From contig JAUPSS010000003.1 in NCBI GenBank assembly GCA_040285825.1, positions 2,418,001-2,482,000 of the forward strand: a DNA stretch of 64,000 bases, read 5' to 3'. The notes beneath the pieces are model-generated. The model made no database searches, was not told where the DNA came from, and worked only from the letters and a program-made list of their open reading frames with translations. This document shows, in pieces, positions 22,800-33,252 of this stretch; positions within the stretch are counted from its first letter, which is position 1, and each line of letters starts with the position of its first letter. Both the position numbers and the translations under genes were made by a program. This DNA is from Eukaryota sp. TZLM1-RC (lineage: Eukaryota > Protista > Metamonada: BaSk clade).

Positions 22800-22959
22800 A
22801 GCGGGATAGGCCGATCGATCGGAATTGATGTTGTGACAAAAGCAAAATTCAATGAGTTTTTTTTTCAAAATGTATTTTGTTACATTAAAAATGCTAAACA
22901 TAAAAATAAAAAATCTAAATCTTCATTTCCCAAACCATACAATAAAAATTAACCAGAAA

Positions 22960-24170
22960 ATTTTCCTTCATAAAAGTGACCAAGAAATAATAAAGCAGAA
23001 GACAATAACGGGACACAGCTTTAAAAATTGAAAATACAATTCAGTTCTACCAAAACGTTTTGTCAAAAACTCTTCCTGTACGTTGTTCTTCAATTTCAAC
23101 AAAATCATCCAAAAAAGATAAAGCAAGTAGTCCAAGCGTACCATGTAAGGAAAAAGCAAATGGACAAGGGACATAATGAGTATAAGATTCAGCATTCAAG
23201 AATACAAGCTTTGCTTTATATTTATCATTTTATGAATTTTTGGCAACAGACAGCGGATTCTTGTGTTTTTACTGAGCTATTTGTTAGAAATAATTATTAC
23301 ACACATCAGCGGATCTCACATCAATAGTTATAGTGGTCCCATCATGTCCTTCAAGCATGAAATCACCTCTGTTACAACCCAAAGAATTCAAGGTGTCCAC
23401 ATCAATTGAAGGAGAAAGTCATGGTTCCAAATAAGTGACAATTTTGTGTGACTTAGACATACAATAGAGTTGATCTGTAACTGCATCAAGGACGAAAAGT
23501 AATCAAATGTTTACAGGTAAACAAATGATTTGGAGAAATTTTTCGATCTATATTTGCAAACCAAAATATGAGGCACGTTATTGGGTTGAATCAAAGATCG
23601 AAGACGCATTTGTACAAGGAAAAGTGGTATCATCTAAAAAAAGAACAATAAATTTGAGGAATTTGAGAAATTAAACAAGATGAAGAACTATTTTGTGCAT
23701 CTAACAAAAAATTTGCGTAAGCGAGATTAGCTTTTTTGACCGAGCCAAAACGAACAGTAAAATCCAAGCCTTGACAAATTATTCTATATTTTTGTTGCAA
23801 TTGTTTAACACACTACCACAAATTAACTAGTGTTCCAGGTAGTATTTCCTGCACATTATCGAAAAAGCATTTACTCCAGATTTCAGGGGACAATTCAATG
23901 AGAGATCGGCATATTTTCCCGCCATGACTTCTCTGATTCATTTTGGCAATTATGGTTATCTATTCGTTAGTTATCAAGATTTTGAACAAGCATAATTGGT
24001 TTGAATAGTACTTAGTCATTTGTCATATGTAAATACATTCTCACCTTTTTGAAAGAACAGATAATCCTTTCAAAAATTATTTTGTATTCGCCATGCACCC
24101 TTCATTAAATCAACTCATCACTAATGGGACGAAATTCATTGAACAAAGATTTCTTCTACATAATGTTGAC
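22960..24170 (-). mobile_element. Decayed family-B-like CRE fragment, with a short family-A 3' end at ~24080-24170
   Basis: Minus-strand remnants such as PEIWSKCF, VRFGS.KANLAYA and PY..RL; 24100-24160 matches the family A 3' UTR (CGTCCCATTAG). Confidence 0.7.
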
Positions 24171-24352
24171 CAAGATTTAAGATAGATAATCTTTGAGTAG
24201 TAATTAATCATTTTTTCCGATGTAAAAATCTGTCACAAAACACAAATGTAATTTCTGCATTCAAAAAACGAGAAGACAGAAGTGAATCTCTAATTCAAAT
24301 TGAAGTACGTTAAAGTTATTTTATATAACCGTGGTTCAGAAAATATGATAAT

Positions 24353-24715
24353 TAGGACTGTTCAAGAATCGGTTCGGTTCAAGTTCAGGTTCAGGTTCAT
24401 AATTTTGGAGGTTCAGGTTTTGTCTCTTGTTGAAACTATAAAATTAACTCGTTGTACATTCTGCATTGCTGGTGAAAAATATAATACGAGCACATAAAAG
24501 GAGGAAGTATTTTATTGAAAAACAATGATGTAATGCAGTAGTTGGATACTTAGGATATTAAGTTTTTATTGGTATTTGTTGAACAAAGGAGGGAATATGA
24601 AAAAAGAATTGAATCATTAAAGCTTAATTAATTTATAGGTTCACAGATCAGTAGGTTCAGGTTCAAAGATCACTGGGTTCGGTTTTTGAACCAGACCGAA
24701 CCTTGAACAGTCCTA
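24353..24715. mobile_element. hAT-type MITE (363 bp)
   Basis: ~30-bp imperfect TIR TAGGACTGTTCAAG.../...CTTGAACAGTCCTA; multiple subterminal GGTTC/CGGTT motifs; flanking 8-mers ATGATAAT and GTAATGAT differ only by A/G transitions. Confidence 0.75.
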
Positions 24716-25061
24716 GTAATGATGTTCATTCTATTGAATTTCAAAACATCTTTGCTGACAATTCATTGAACTGCTAAGGTAAAAAGTTCAGAAGATATGC
24801 TGTCTGAATCCAGGTCTTTTTAACTTCACTAAAATCGTCAATTGAGATCGAAAATTAAGACTTGTGGATTCGATACATTTTATTGATCACTGCAGGGATT
24901 TCGTCCTGCAGTTTCATGACATATGACTAATGATAACCTATGAATTTCAACACTTGGTGTGTAGCAATTTGGACATGCTGATTGACACACAAAACAAGAA
25001 CTGGGTTTATAATTTCACTAAATGTGGTGCTACTATCAATAAAATTTCACCTTGCCATTAG

Positions 25062-28000
25062 CTAAACTACAGTACCTGGAACACTTTCCATATCTTGAAC
25101 AAAAGGTGTATTAGTCTCGAAAGCTGGATAAACCGGTGGCGCGTTGAAAACTGGAGGAAGAGTGGTGACACTGGTCATTTCAGTCGCATCTGGCGCATGT
25201 TTGTTTTTTCGAAGGCACCAAAACAGCCCAATGAATAGCACAACAACAGCAATAGCCGTAAGCACCAGGAACATAGACTGATTATTGTCGGGATCAGTTG
25301 GGTCAATGGGGTCGCTGGGGTCCTTATAGTGACTGGTACCTGTTGCCTCTTCGTCTGAAAGAAGGGTATCTGAAGAGAACTCCACTTCAATAGTTGCTTC
25401 TTGAGCTTCTGACAATTCAATTAGGAGTTTGGAAGGTGTTTCCAATCGAGCTTCAATGAAAGCAACATTTTGACCATTGCTAGTCAACTTAATTGCAGTC
25501 TTTTGAAACTCAGCATCTTCAATTTCAGGAGCATACACATTGGGAGAAGATAAAGAACATTCAATAACAGATCCTACAGTTTCACATTCAATAGAGGCAG
25601 GTGTCCACTGCTTGAACAAAAGCTTGTTGGTGTAAGCTGGTCCATTGGAGAAAACAGTGTAGTAATCTACAGACTGGAAATCTTTAACAAAAATAACAGA
25701 ATAATCCCCAGAATAGATTGAACCTTCAATATTGCAGTACAAGCAAGGTTTATGAAACACAACGAATCCAGTGTTTGAATCGGAAAGTTGCACCATACTA
25801 CGGTCTATGTTAGCTTTACCGTTCTCAGGGACAGTAACCTCATCACCAGACGCAAAGTGACAAGTGGAGGTGAAGGTAACAAAGCCTTCAACTGAAGGAT
25901 TTGTGTGAACACGGAATTGACATTGAGGAGACATGAAGTGCCCACTTTGAGTTAGTGTGAAAGAATCATCATTCGTAATAATATGTACATCTTCATCTGT
26001 ATACCGTTCATATTCAACTCTACATTCATCACATGAGGATTTGGTAGAAAAGTCTGTTTGATAAGGGGAGACAGCAAGGTAGGGTGAACCTGAGGACAAC
26101 ACAACTTCGTGTGTGGGTTGTTCAATTGTGCCACTGCATTCAGCACTTTGACATTCATAAATAACGACAGCTTCAAAGTTTGTGGCTTTAGGATTCTCAA
26201 TAACTAACTTTCCGGTTTCTGCAGGAGCTTCAAACTCAATATCAGAGTGCCAGAATTCACCTTGCAGTCTAGTGAAGGAACCTTTCATACCACTGGGAAT
26301 TTCAACGTAGGTGGTGGAGAGACGGGGAACATTCAAAATGAAGGCAACCCTTTTGGCAGAAAATGAATCACCAATTGAGGCAAAAGTATAACGAGTGAGA
26401 CAGGTTTCTTGTTCAACAACTGAAACAATAATTGCTGGATTTTGAACAAGAAGTGATGTAGTGGAGACCTTATCTTCATCAACAACATCATACCAACGAC
26501 CAGTTACGTAGTAAAACTCTCCTGATGGAACACTGCTGATGTGGTAAAAACCATCTGCAATGACACTTTGGCAACCAGCATCGGAAAGGTCGTCAGAAAG
26601 AATAAAGACCACTGGGTATGTACCAGTAAAGCCATCATTATACAATTCTACAAAAACTGGAGGATACTGAACTTCAACTCTCAATGTACAACTAGAATCA
26701 CTGGTACTTCCGGTTTGACTGAATACATTACCTACACGATGTCCAGGATATAAACTCAACCAAACAGAAGTGATAATTGGGCTTGAAAAAAAACCATTTT
26801 CATAAAGCTCAATGGTACCTGATGATGGTCTTTTTATGTATTGTGTGAATGAGTGTGAGCTTTGATCTATGTCATTGAAGTCAATGTCCTGAGAGCTAAA
26901 ACGTATACCAAGGTCACGGTATTGTCGAGTGCAGGTGAAACTGATGTTCAGCATTCTGGAAAATGGTTGGAAAAGGTTTCTACCTCTGCTTTCTTCCAAC
27001 ATAACTTCGCTAGAGTCGGCGCGAACAGAAGGGGCAGCAAATGACTTCATCGTTGGAAACCATGATCCTCCCCAAATAAAGCGTTTCTTGGCCCATTCAT
27101 CTGGTTCTGGGTATTCACCAAGCTGGAACAACTGACTTTCAGATGCGACTACATCAGTCGAAATAAATGTGTTGGGCATGATTTCCTTGGTTTTGGAGAC
27201 GAATATGGTTGTTCTACGTCCTGTACCAGTGAAGGTCCGTTGGCCAATTTCCGAAAAACTTGTGCGAATTCGGCCAACGTAGGAATCAAACCACAATCTA
27301 CGACGTCGCCAAATTTCGATAACAATTTCAGTGTTGGGTCTAACGAAAAGAAAATCATCAATGCTACAACGCCAAGGATCTCCACATAAGGCAGTGGATG
27401 TTCTTCCATAATGATAATAGTAGTTAGAGATGTCGTCACCATCAGACGTTCTTTCAAGTTCCAATTGCAAAATAAACTCTTCAGGGGCTGTTTCATCCAT
27501 CGTTGAAGCAACAACATCAACAGGAACTTTATCGGCACAATTGTTTATAATATTGTGCTCAATGAGAGGAAATCTTCTACTTGTGGCAGTTTCAAAGTTG
27601 AATTTACGGACATAGACATCAATATTAATATCAGACATTCCAAAGTCTACATCTAGAAGGAAGTCAACAAGCCAATGTAGAACTTCAGGACAAACAGCAG
27701 TAGCAACCGTGAGATCAAGAGCAGGAAGAAGTGACCCATGGAAGATGAGAGAATCTGAGTAGAGATCCATAAACAGAGTAACATTTAGTTCAACCTTGGC
27801 ATCTGCTTGGCCATCAATATTCCTCTCAAATGAGGTATGCATTTTTCCAAAGCTATAGTCATGGTAGAACCCATTGTAGTCATTGTAACCCATGGTAAGT
27901 TCAGCATTGTCGTTTGAGAGGGTAAACGTAGAATCAATGTTCATTTGGCTATCCACATCAGCAGAAAACTCAATACCAAGTCTTAGACGAATATTGACTG

Positions 28001-28658
28001 GGATCAACAAAATGGAAATGGTGAATTCAGCGATCTCTTTTGGCTCAAATTGATGGTTGAACTGATCTTGGAAAGGTTCTACTTCAACACCTATTGATGC
28101 GTCAATTCCTTGAAGGAAGCGTCCTTCACATTTCTTCACTCCTGAGAAAGTGTTGAAATCAAACTCCAGGAAGAGCTGGGAAGAGGCTCTAAAGTAAGTA
28201 TCCTTAACAGTGATTGGCCCGAAGTTGAAGTCTTTTTCTGCACCTTGGCTACTGTCGTCATAGTTCCAGTTATAATCAAATGCCCACTTTGGATCGGTAT
28301 TTTGGTAGGAAAGCTTGAGGTAAGAAAACGCTGAGAGGGGTTCTACCTCAACAACAGTACATGGATTAGAGTTACAAACCTTTTTGAAAACGTGATCCTT
28401 ATTCACGTAATAAAATGCATCTTGGACAGACGCAGGATCTCTCAGCAAGGAGGTAAGCTCTTGATCTGTGAGGCGACGAACACTTCCAGCCACTTTGGCA
28501 GAAACTTTGAATTTGAGGTATTCCTCTTCAATGTTGAGGCTAAGACTACCGTCCTGATTTGCAGCATCGAGCAGAGAAACATAGCTTTCAAGACCAGGAA
28601 GGGTAGGGTTGGCAAGCGATAAGGCCAGAAGCACCAGTAAAAAGAGCACCGTATTCAT
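25062..28658 (-). CDS. Large single-pass type I surface protein (1198 aa), paralog of 9778-13386
   Basis: Signal peptide MNTVLFLLVLLALSLA; colinear with the paralog; DPSDPIDPTDPD stalk; TM FLVLTAIAVVVLFIGLFWCL. Confidence 0.88.
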   Translation of the reverse strand: MNTVLFLLVLLALSLANPTLPGLESYVSLLDAANQDGSLSLNIEEEYLKFKVSAKVAGSVRRLTDQELTSLLRDPASVQDAFYYVNKDHVFKKVCNSNPCTVVEVEPLSAFSYLKLSYQNTDPKWAFDYNWNYDDSSQGAEKDFNFGPITVKDTYFRASSQLFLEFDFNTFSGVKKCEGRFLQGIDASIGVEVEPFQDQFNHQFEPKEIAEFTISILLIPVNIRLRLGIEFSADVDSQMNIDSTFTLSNDNAELTMGYNDYNGFYHDYSFGKMHTSFERNIDGQADAKVELNVTLFMDLYSDSLIFHGSLLPALDLTVATAVCPEVLHWLVDFLLDVDFGMSDINIDVYVRKFNFETATSRRFPLIEHNIINNCADKVPVDVVASTMDETAPEEFILQLELERTSDGDDISNYYYHYGRTSTALCGDPWRCSIDDFLFVRPNTEIVIEIWRRRRLWFDSYVGRIRTSFSEIGQRTFTGTGRRTTIFVSKTKEIMPNTFISTDVVASESQLFQLGEYPEPDEWAKKRFIWGGSWFPTMKSFAAPSVRADSSEVMLEESRGRNLFQPFSRMLNISFTCTRQYRDLGIRFSSQDIDFNDIDQSSHSFTQYIKRPSSGTIELYENGFFSSPIITSVWLSLYPGHRVGNVFSQTGSTSDSSCTLRVEVQYPPVFVELYNDGFTGTYPVVFILSDDLSDAGCQSVIADGFYHISSVPSGEFYYVTGRWYDVVDEDKVSTTSLLVQNPAIIVSVVEQETCLTRYTFASIGDSFSAKRVAFILNVPRLSTTYVEIPSGMKGSFTRLQGEFWHSDIEFEAPAETGKLVIENPKATNFEAVVIYECQSAECSGTIEQPTHEVVLSSGSPYLAVSPYQTDFSTKSSCDECRVEYERYTDEDVHIITNDDSFTLTQSGHFMSPQCQFRVHTNPSVEGFVTFTSTCHFASGDEVTVPENGKANIDRSMVQLSDSNTGFVVFHKPCLYCNIEGSIYSGDYSVIFVKDFQSVDYYTVFSNGPAYTNKLLFKQWTPASIECETVGSVIECSLSSPNVYAPEIEDAEFQKTAIKLTSNGQNVAFIEARLETPSKLLIELSEAQEATIEVEFSSDTLLSDEEATGTSHYKDPSDPIDPTDPDNNQSMFLVLTAIAVVVLFIGLFWCLRKNKHAPDATEMTSVTTLPPVFNAPPVYPAFETNTPFVQDMESVPGTVV

Positions 28659-29049
28659 ACAGGTCAGTAGAGAATACACAAGTAAAATTTTCCAAAATAA
28701 TGTTGAATTCCCTCCACGTCACCACTGTACACAAGGTATCCCTCACTGACTGTAAACATCTGAAAACTCAGCAGGAAGAAGTTGTTCCAATCTTAGGTGT
28801 GTGCTGGTCCTTCTGAACTGTGCTGTTTGAACGGGTCACGAATCAACATTGGATTTTATACAACATTGATTTATCTGCTGATTGTGAAAATTTTGGTTTT
28901 GGTATTGCATTTTTCTCCTTTGTGGATTGAATTATTTTTGAAGATCCCTTGTCCTGTCTTTTGAAGAAAGAATTATTTGTCTAAAAGAATGTCATCTCAA
29001 GATCGGGAACAAGGAGAAGCGTACTAACAAAATTAATTATTATGAAATT

Positions 29050-30100
29050 GTTCTTCCATTAAACATTTCGAAATTTTTATTGATTGGTAGACACCCTGCT
29101 GAACTCGTTATTGATGATCTAACTGTTCCTTTCATCAACTATTGTGGATCAAAAATTAAGATTTTAAGGTCGTTATCTAGGATATTTTGATGAAATTCGA
29201 AATCAACTTTCATCTCTTTTAGCAAATTTTGAACAGGAATTCGCTTGTTCTTTCACATTTAAATAAAGAAACACATCTCAAATTCTTCTTTCTCAGAATT
29301 TGTCATTCAGGTAAATTTACTCATATCCTGCGATCAATCACACCAATAATATCTCTTGAATTTTGCAGAATTTTCAACGAATTAAGAGCAAAGTTTTTGG
29401 CTAATTTGCTTAATACTGTTTCTTCTTTTTGACGTAGTCATATTTTTTGTAGCACAAAAATAGGAGGCCTAGATTTTCACAAATCTAAATGTTTGTGTAA
29501 AGCTGCATTTATTGGTGGAGGCAAAAATTTCATTGTTGAAATTTTGAAACGTTTTCCTGAAAACCAACATTTAATAGAACATTGAAATTTTGAAACGTTT
29601 TCCTGAAAACCAACATTTAATAGAACATTGTGTTAGTGATTATTTGGTGTCTTTGCAGAATGCAATTGAATGCCTCTCTCCTCAATTATGGTCCAAATGC
29701 TTTCCTACCGATATTCAAGAAGTTCCACCCAGAAACTTGATTTCTTTAAGATTTGCATACGCCCAGTTGCAGAAAAAAATACCAAAAGTTTTTGAAAAAT
29801 GGGAATTTACTGTACGTCTTAGCTTAGCTAAGGAAAAGAGTCCCGTTTGTGCCAACATTTTAATTGATCTTTAGGAAAGTAGCTCCAGTTGTCTCATTTT
29901 ACAAAATTTAAATGTCTATGGTCTATTGTTAAATGACCATCAATGGACAACTGCCTTAAGAAAGAGGTGAAAATATTTTTGTGAAACGCCGTGCTGATCT
30001 AATTACCCTTGGGTCTGATGGTGTAATCAAAGTGGTTGATCTTGTCACTGCTGATGTTTGAAAGGATTCACCAATTGATTAAGCAAAATTAAATGTCCCA
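29050..30100 (+). mobile_element. Second decayed copy of CRE-like family B (internal fragment); boundaries approximate
   Basis: LKFFFLRICHSGKFTHILRS and KRFPENQHLIE match 17329-18030; 47-bp internal tandem duplication near 29535-29630. Confidence 0.88.
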
Positions 30101-30289
30101 TTGGTGATTGAACAATATTTGATCTCTGCATTTGCTTCGAGTGATCTAATTACCCTTGGGTCTGATGGTGTGATCAAAGTGGTTGATCTTGTCACTGCTG
30201 ATGTTTGAAAGGATTCACCAATTGATTAAGCAAAATTAACTGTCCCATTGGTGATTGAACAATATTTGATCTCTGCATTTGCTTCGAGT
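29995..30289 (+). repeat. 147-bp tandem duplication at the end of the family B relic
   Basis: TGATCTAATTACCCTTGGGTCTGATGG... starts at both 29995 and 30142. Confidence 0.9.
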
Positions 30290-31219
30290 CACGCTAGTTG
30301 AAGAATTGCAAAACTAATGCCTCTTGATTTTTTTTTAAATTTGAGGTGTATCGCATGTCAGTTTCCACAAATCCTCAATTTCTTTATGACACGACAGGTT
30401 ACTCGACAGGTTTTGATTACTCCACATTGAAGACAAAATTTGTGTCTTTTTGATGAATTATCAGGCATGTCTATCGACAGGGCTTGAGATAAAATCAAAA
30501 ATCACATCAAGCTTTCTAACTTTCATCTTGTAATGGTAGGTACATTGTTGGATTTTACAATCCTTTTTTTTTACAATCTTACATTGTGATTTTTGTGCAA
30601 GTATAACAAAGACACTTTATGTCCAAGATATGTCCAAGTTTCACCAAAATGACACATTGACAGAACCATAATTGGGTCAAGCTCAAGACATTCTATCCAA
30701 GAACAACAAAGTTGATCTGAAATGACCCAGAGTTTTAAAGTTGTGCAACGAAATACATTGCTATACCGTTGAAGTAGAAAAATTGATTCACTGTCTTCAT
30801 GACACATTTATTACTTCTCTTGTCTTTATCTTGACCATGGTTGAAGTGTACTGGTCTTCAAGATCATTATTGAAATGAAACTTTTGTGTCCACATTTTAA
30901 GAGAAGATGAGTTTCACGACGGATTTAATGAAATGAAAGGGCAAAATTGCTTTAATATCAACCAGCAGCGTTAACATTAAACCAATGTTAAGTGAGATCA
31001 ACGATGACAGATCGTCTCAACTCGAATTCCCGATTACCCGAAAAATGAATGTTCTTGTACTGTGGGGTAAAATGAATCATATAAAAGCTAAAAGGTATGG
31101 TAGGTATGGTAAAAACTAAGCGCGGAATATTCTCAAAAATCTAAAATCATCATTCAAAGGATTGATGTACTGAAACAGCAATAACGAAAACGAGTAAAGA
31201 TATGTACAGTGCAAAGCAT

Positions 31220-31981
31220 TTATTCTATCCTCGAAAGAACCTCAGCAACTTCATCAGGACTATATAAATGAAACTTACCAGAATCTACCCTTACAGAACC
31301 AATATCTATATTAATATTGGTTACCTTTTCTTCCATGACCTCTTTGAGCACGGATAGTGCCAGTTCTTCAGCTTCAGCAAAAGACATTCCTTTGAAATAA
31401 CGTTCCTCTAGCTGACTCTGGGCAGACTCACTGGCTTGGCCAATCACTTTGGCGTCCCATTCAATGACCGTTCCACTGGGGTCCATGTGGAATAGAGAGG
31501 TTTTACCCCCATCAACGCCGGCAAAAAGGAGGGCAACACCAAAAGGACGGGACATTATACGTTCTTCGGCATCTTCATCTGCAAAGTTAATGGCCAAGTC
31601 TCCTACAGATTCAGCGAGAGATTTGGTTGGCATCGTCTCGTTAAAAGAGAACCAATGGTTTTGTGCTTCTACTCTTGCGTGATCGGTAAGTGTCCTCGCA
31701 TCAGCGGTGAGACCAGAAGAGGCAAGTCCGATGTGTCGATCGATTTCCACTACTTTCTGAACTGATGTGGGCTCGAGCAGAGAAGAAGCTATGCGTTTTT
31801 CCACAACCAAGACAACTCCCTCGTCAGTTTTAATCCCGATAGCGGTAGAACCAAGCTGAAGTCACAAAAGGTGCAGGGAGCAAACCTTAATTGCTTCTAT
31901 GGCATATTCAACTTGGAACAGACGTCCCTCTGGAGAGAAAGTGTTGACACCATGGTCATATTCAGATTGAGAAAGAAACAT
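31220..31981 (-). CDS. PSMA5: 20S proteasome subunit alpha type-5 (243 aa), 30-nt intron at 31856-31885
   Basis: [32 protein letters not shown]|LGSTAIGI...[13 protein letters not shown]...HMDPSG; intron GTTTGC...TTCAG contains an in-frame TGA. Confidence 0.97.
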
Positions 31982-32052
31982 GTGAAAGAGATGGGGTAAA
32001 GTGACTTAATAAGGGATAAGACTTAATTGATTCCATCCTCACCTATAGTCAA

Positions 32053-32241
32053 ATGAACCCAACAGTTTCTCCTATTGACGGCATACCTGAACTCTCACAG
32101 TATTTAGCTTCCTCTGTTACATCACTTCCTACTATTGTTCCTTGCGATGACATTATAGAACATTGGATGTCTGTCTTACAAGCACCTGCTGGCGAATCAA
32201 CCCAGTGTAAACGTATATGGAACCACTACAAAAAGGATTAA
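32053..32241 (+). CDS. Putative small protein (62 aa), unknown function
   Basis: ATG-initiated, coding-like composition, head-to-head with PSMA5 (71 bp between ATGs). Confidence 0.4.
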   Translation: MNPTVSPIDGIPELSQYLASSVTSLPTIVPCDDIIEHWMSVLQAPAGESTQCKRIWNHYKKD

Positions 32242-32267
32242 TTGTACTTTATTTCCATTTCTTTTTC

Positions 32268-32555
32268 CTAGGTTGCATGTCCCTGAGACTGCTTGTCCTT
32301 AGCAGCAGAACCTTTATTAGACGATTGTTTTCGTGATGTAGACTTTGCTAATAAACTTGGTTTTGATTCTGTTTTTACTTCTCGCGACTCTAGAATATCC
32401 CTATTTGCATATGGGTCTTGTATGTCCAGACTATGTTCTGATTCTATCTCAGGTGGTCTAGCATAGTGTATTTTTTCTCGTTCTGCATCCTCTGCCAGTG
32501 AAGCCCACGCCTTGCGAGCACGTTCCTTTGAGCTTGATGATTTGTTGGGATCCAT
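32268..32555 (-). CDS. Putative small hydrophilic protein (95 aa), unknown function
   Basis: ATG-initiated, charged/Ser-rich; converges on the 62-aa ORF with a 26-bp gap. Confidence 0.5.
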   Translation of the reverse strand: MDPNKSSSSKERARKAWASLAEDAEREKIHYARPPEIESEHSLDIQDPYANRDILESREVKTESKPSLLAKSTSRKQSSNKGSAAKDKQSQGHAT

Positions 32556-33252
32556 GATAAGGAAGCCAAAAGTAGAGATATCGCGTAACTCAACTCTGGT
32601 TAGTAGGAATCAAAATCGAGCAAATAATGAGCCTTTGTGTGCATAATGCCCAATGAAACACTCTCAACAGGTGGAATTTGGATTTGGGGTTTGTGGTTTA
32701 TTTAGAATCATTAATTTTGGTTCATTAAATTAAAAACAAACAGTTTCATCGGTGCAGTGTTTCAAATATCTTAAGATCTGACAGCAGTCACATAGTTGAG
32801 CATTTCGGAGGAGCACTGGTCATGTGTAGCATCAGATGTTGGGGATTTGGTTGAAACCGACTTTTAATGGTTCACGGTTTAGATTTATAATAAGAATTAG
32901 ATTCATCAACTTCATTTTTTCTCGTTGAATGTTCTCTCAAAGAAGATTGCTTCATGGTTTGTTGTAATTTAATTTAATCAAAACTAAGCATTCATTGCTG
33001 ATGATAGTCAAAATGGACATCACCAGTATTAAAGCTATTTTTATCTCACAAACTCGATTTAGAGTGATCTCAAACTATATACTCTGATTTGAGAGAACAA
33101 TTTATACCACCATCTCGTCATATGAATTCAATGATGAAGAATTGTTACAGCGAATGCCTTGTGATAGTAAACAGATGGAATTTTTGATACGTGAAAGGCA
33201 GAATTAAATTTTATTGATGAAAAAGGAAATTTGTTTGTTCCAAGAATAATTT

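Noticed and set aside
30300-31000. Coding-like decayed sequence including ORF 30571-30807
   Set aside because: Multiple stops in the plausible frame and no recognisable motif
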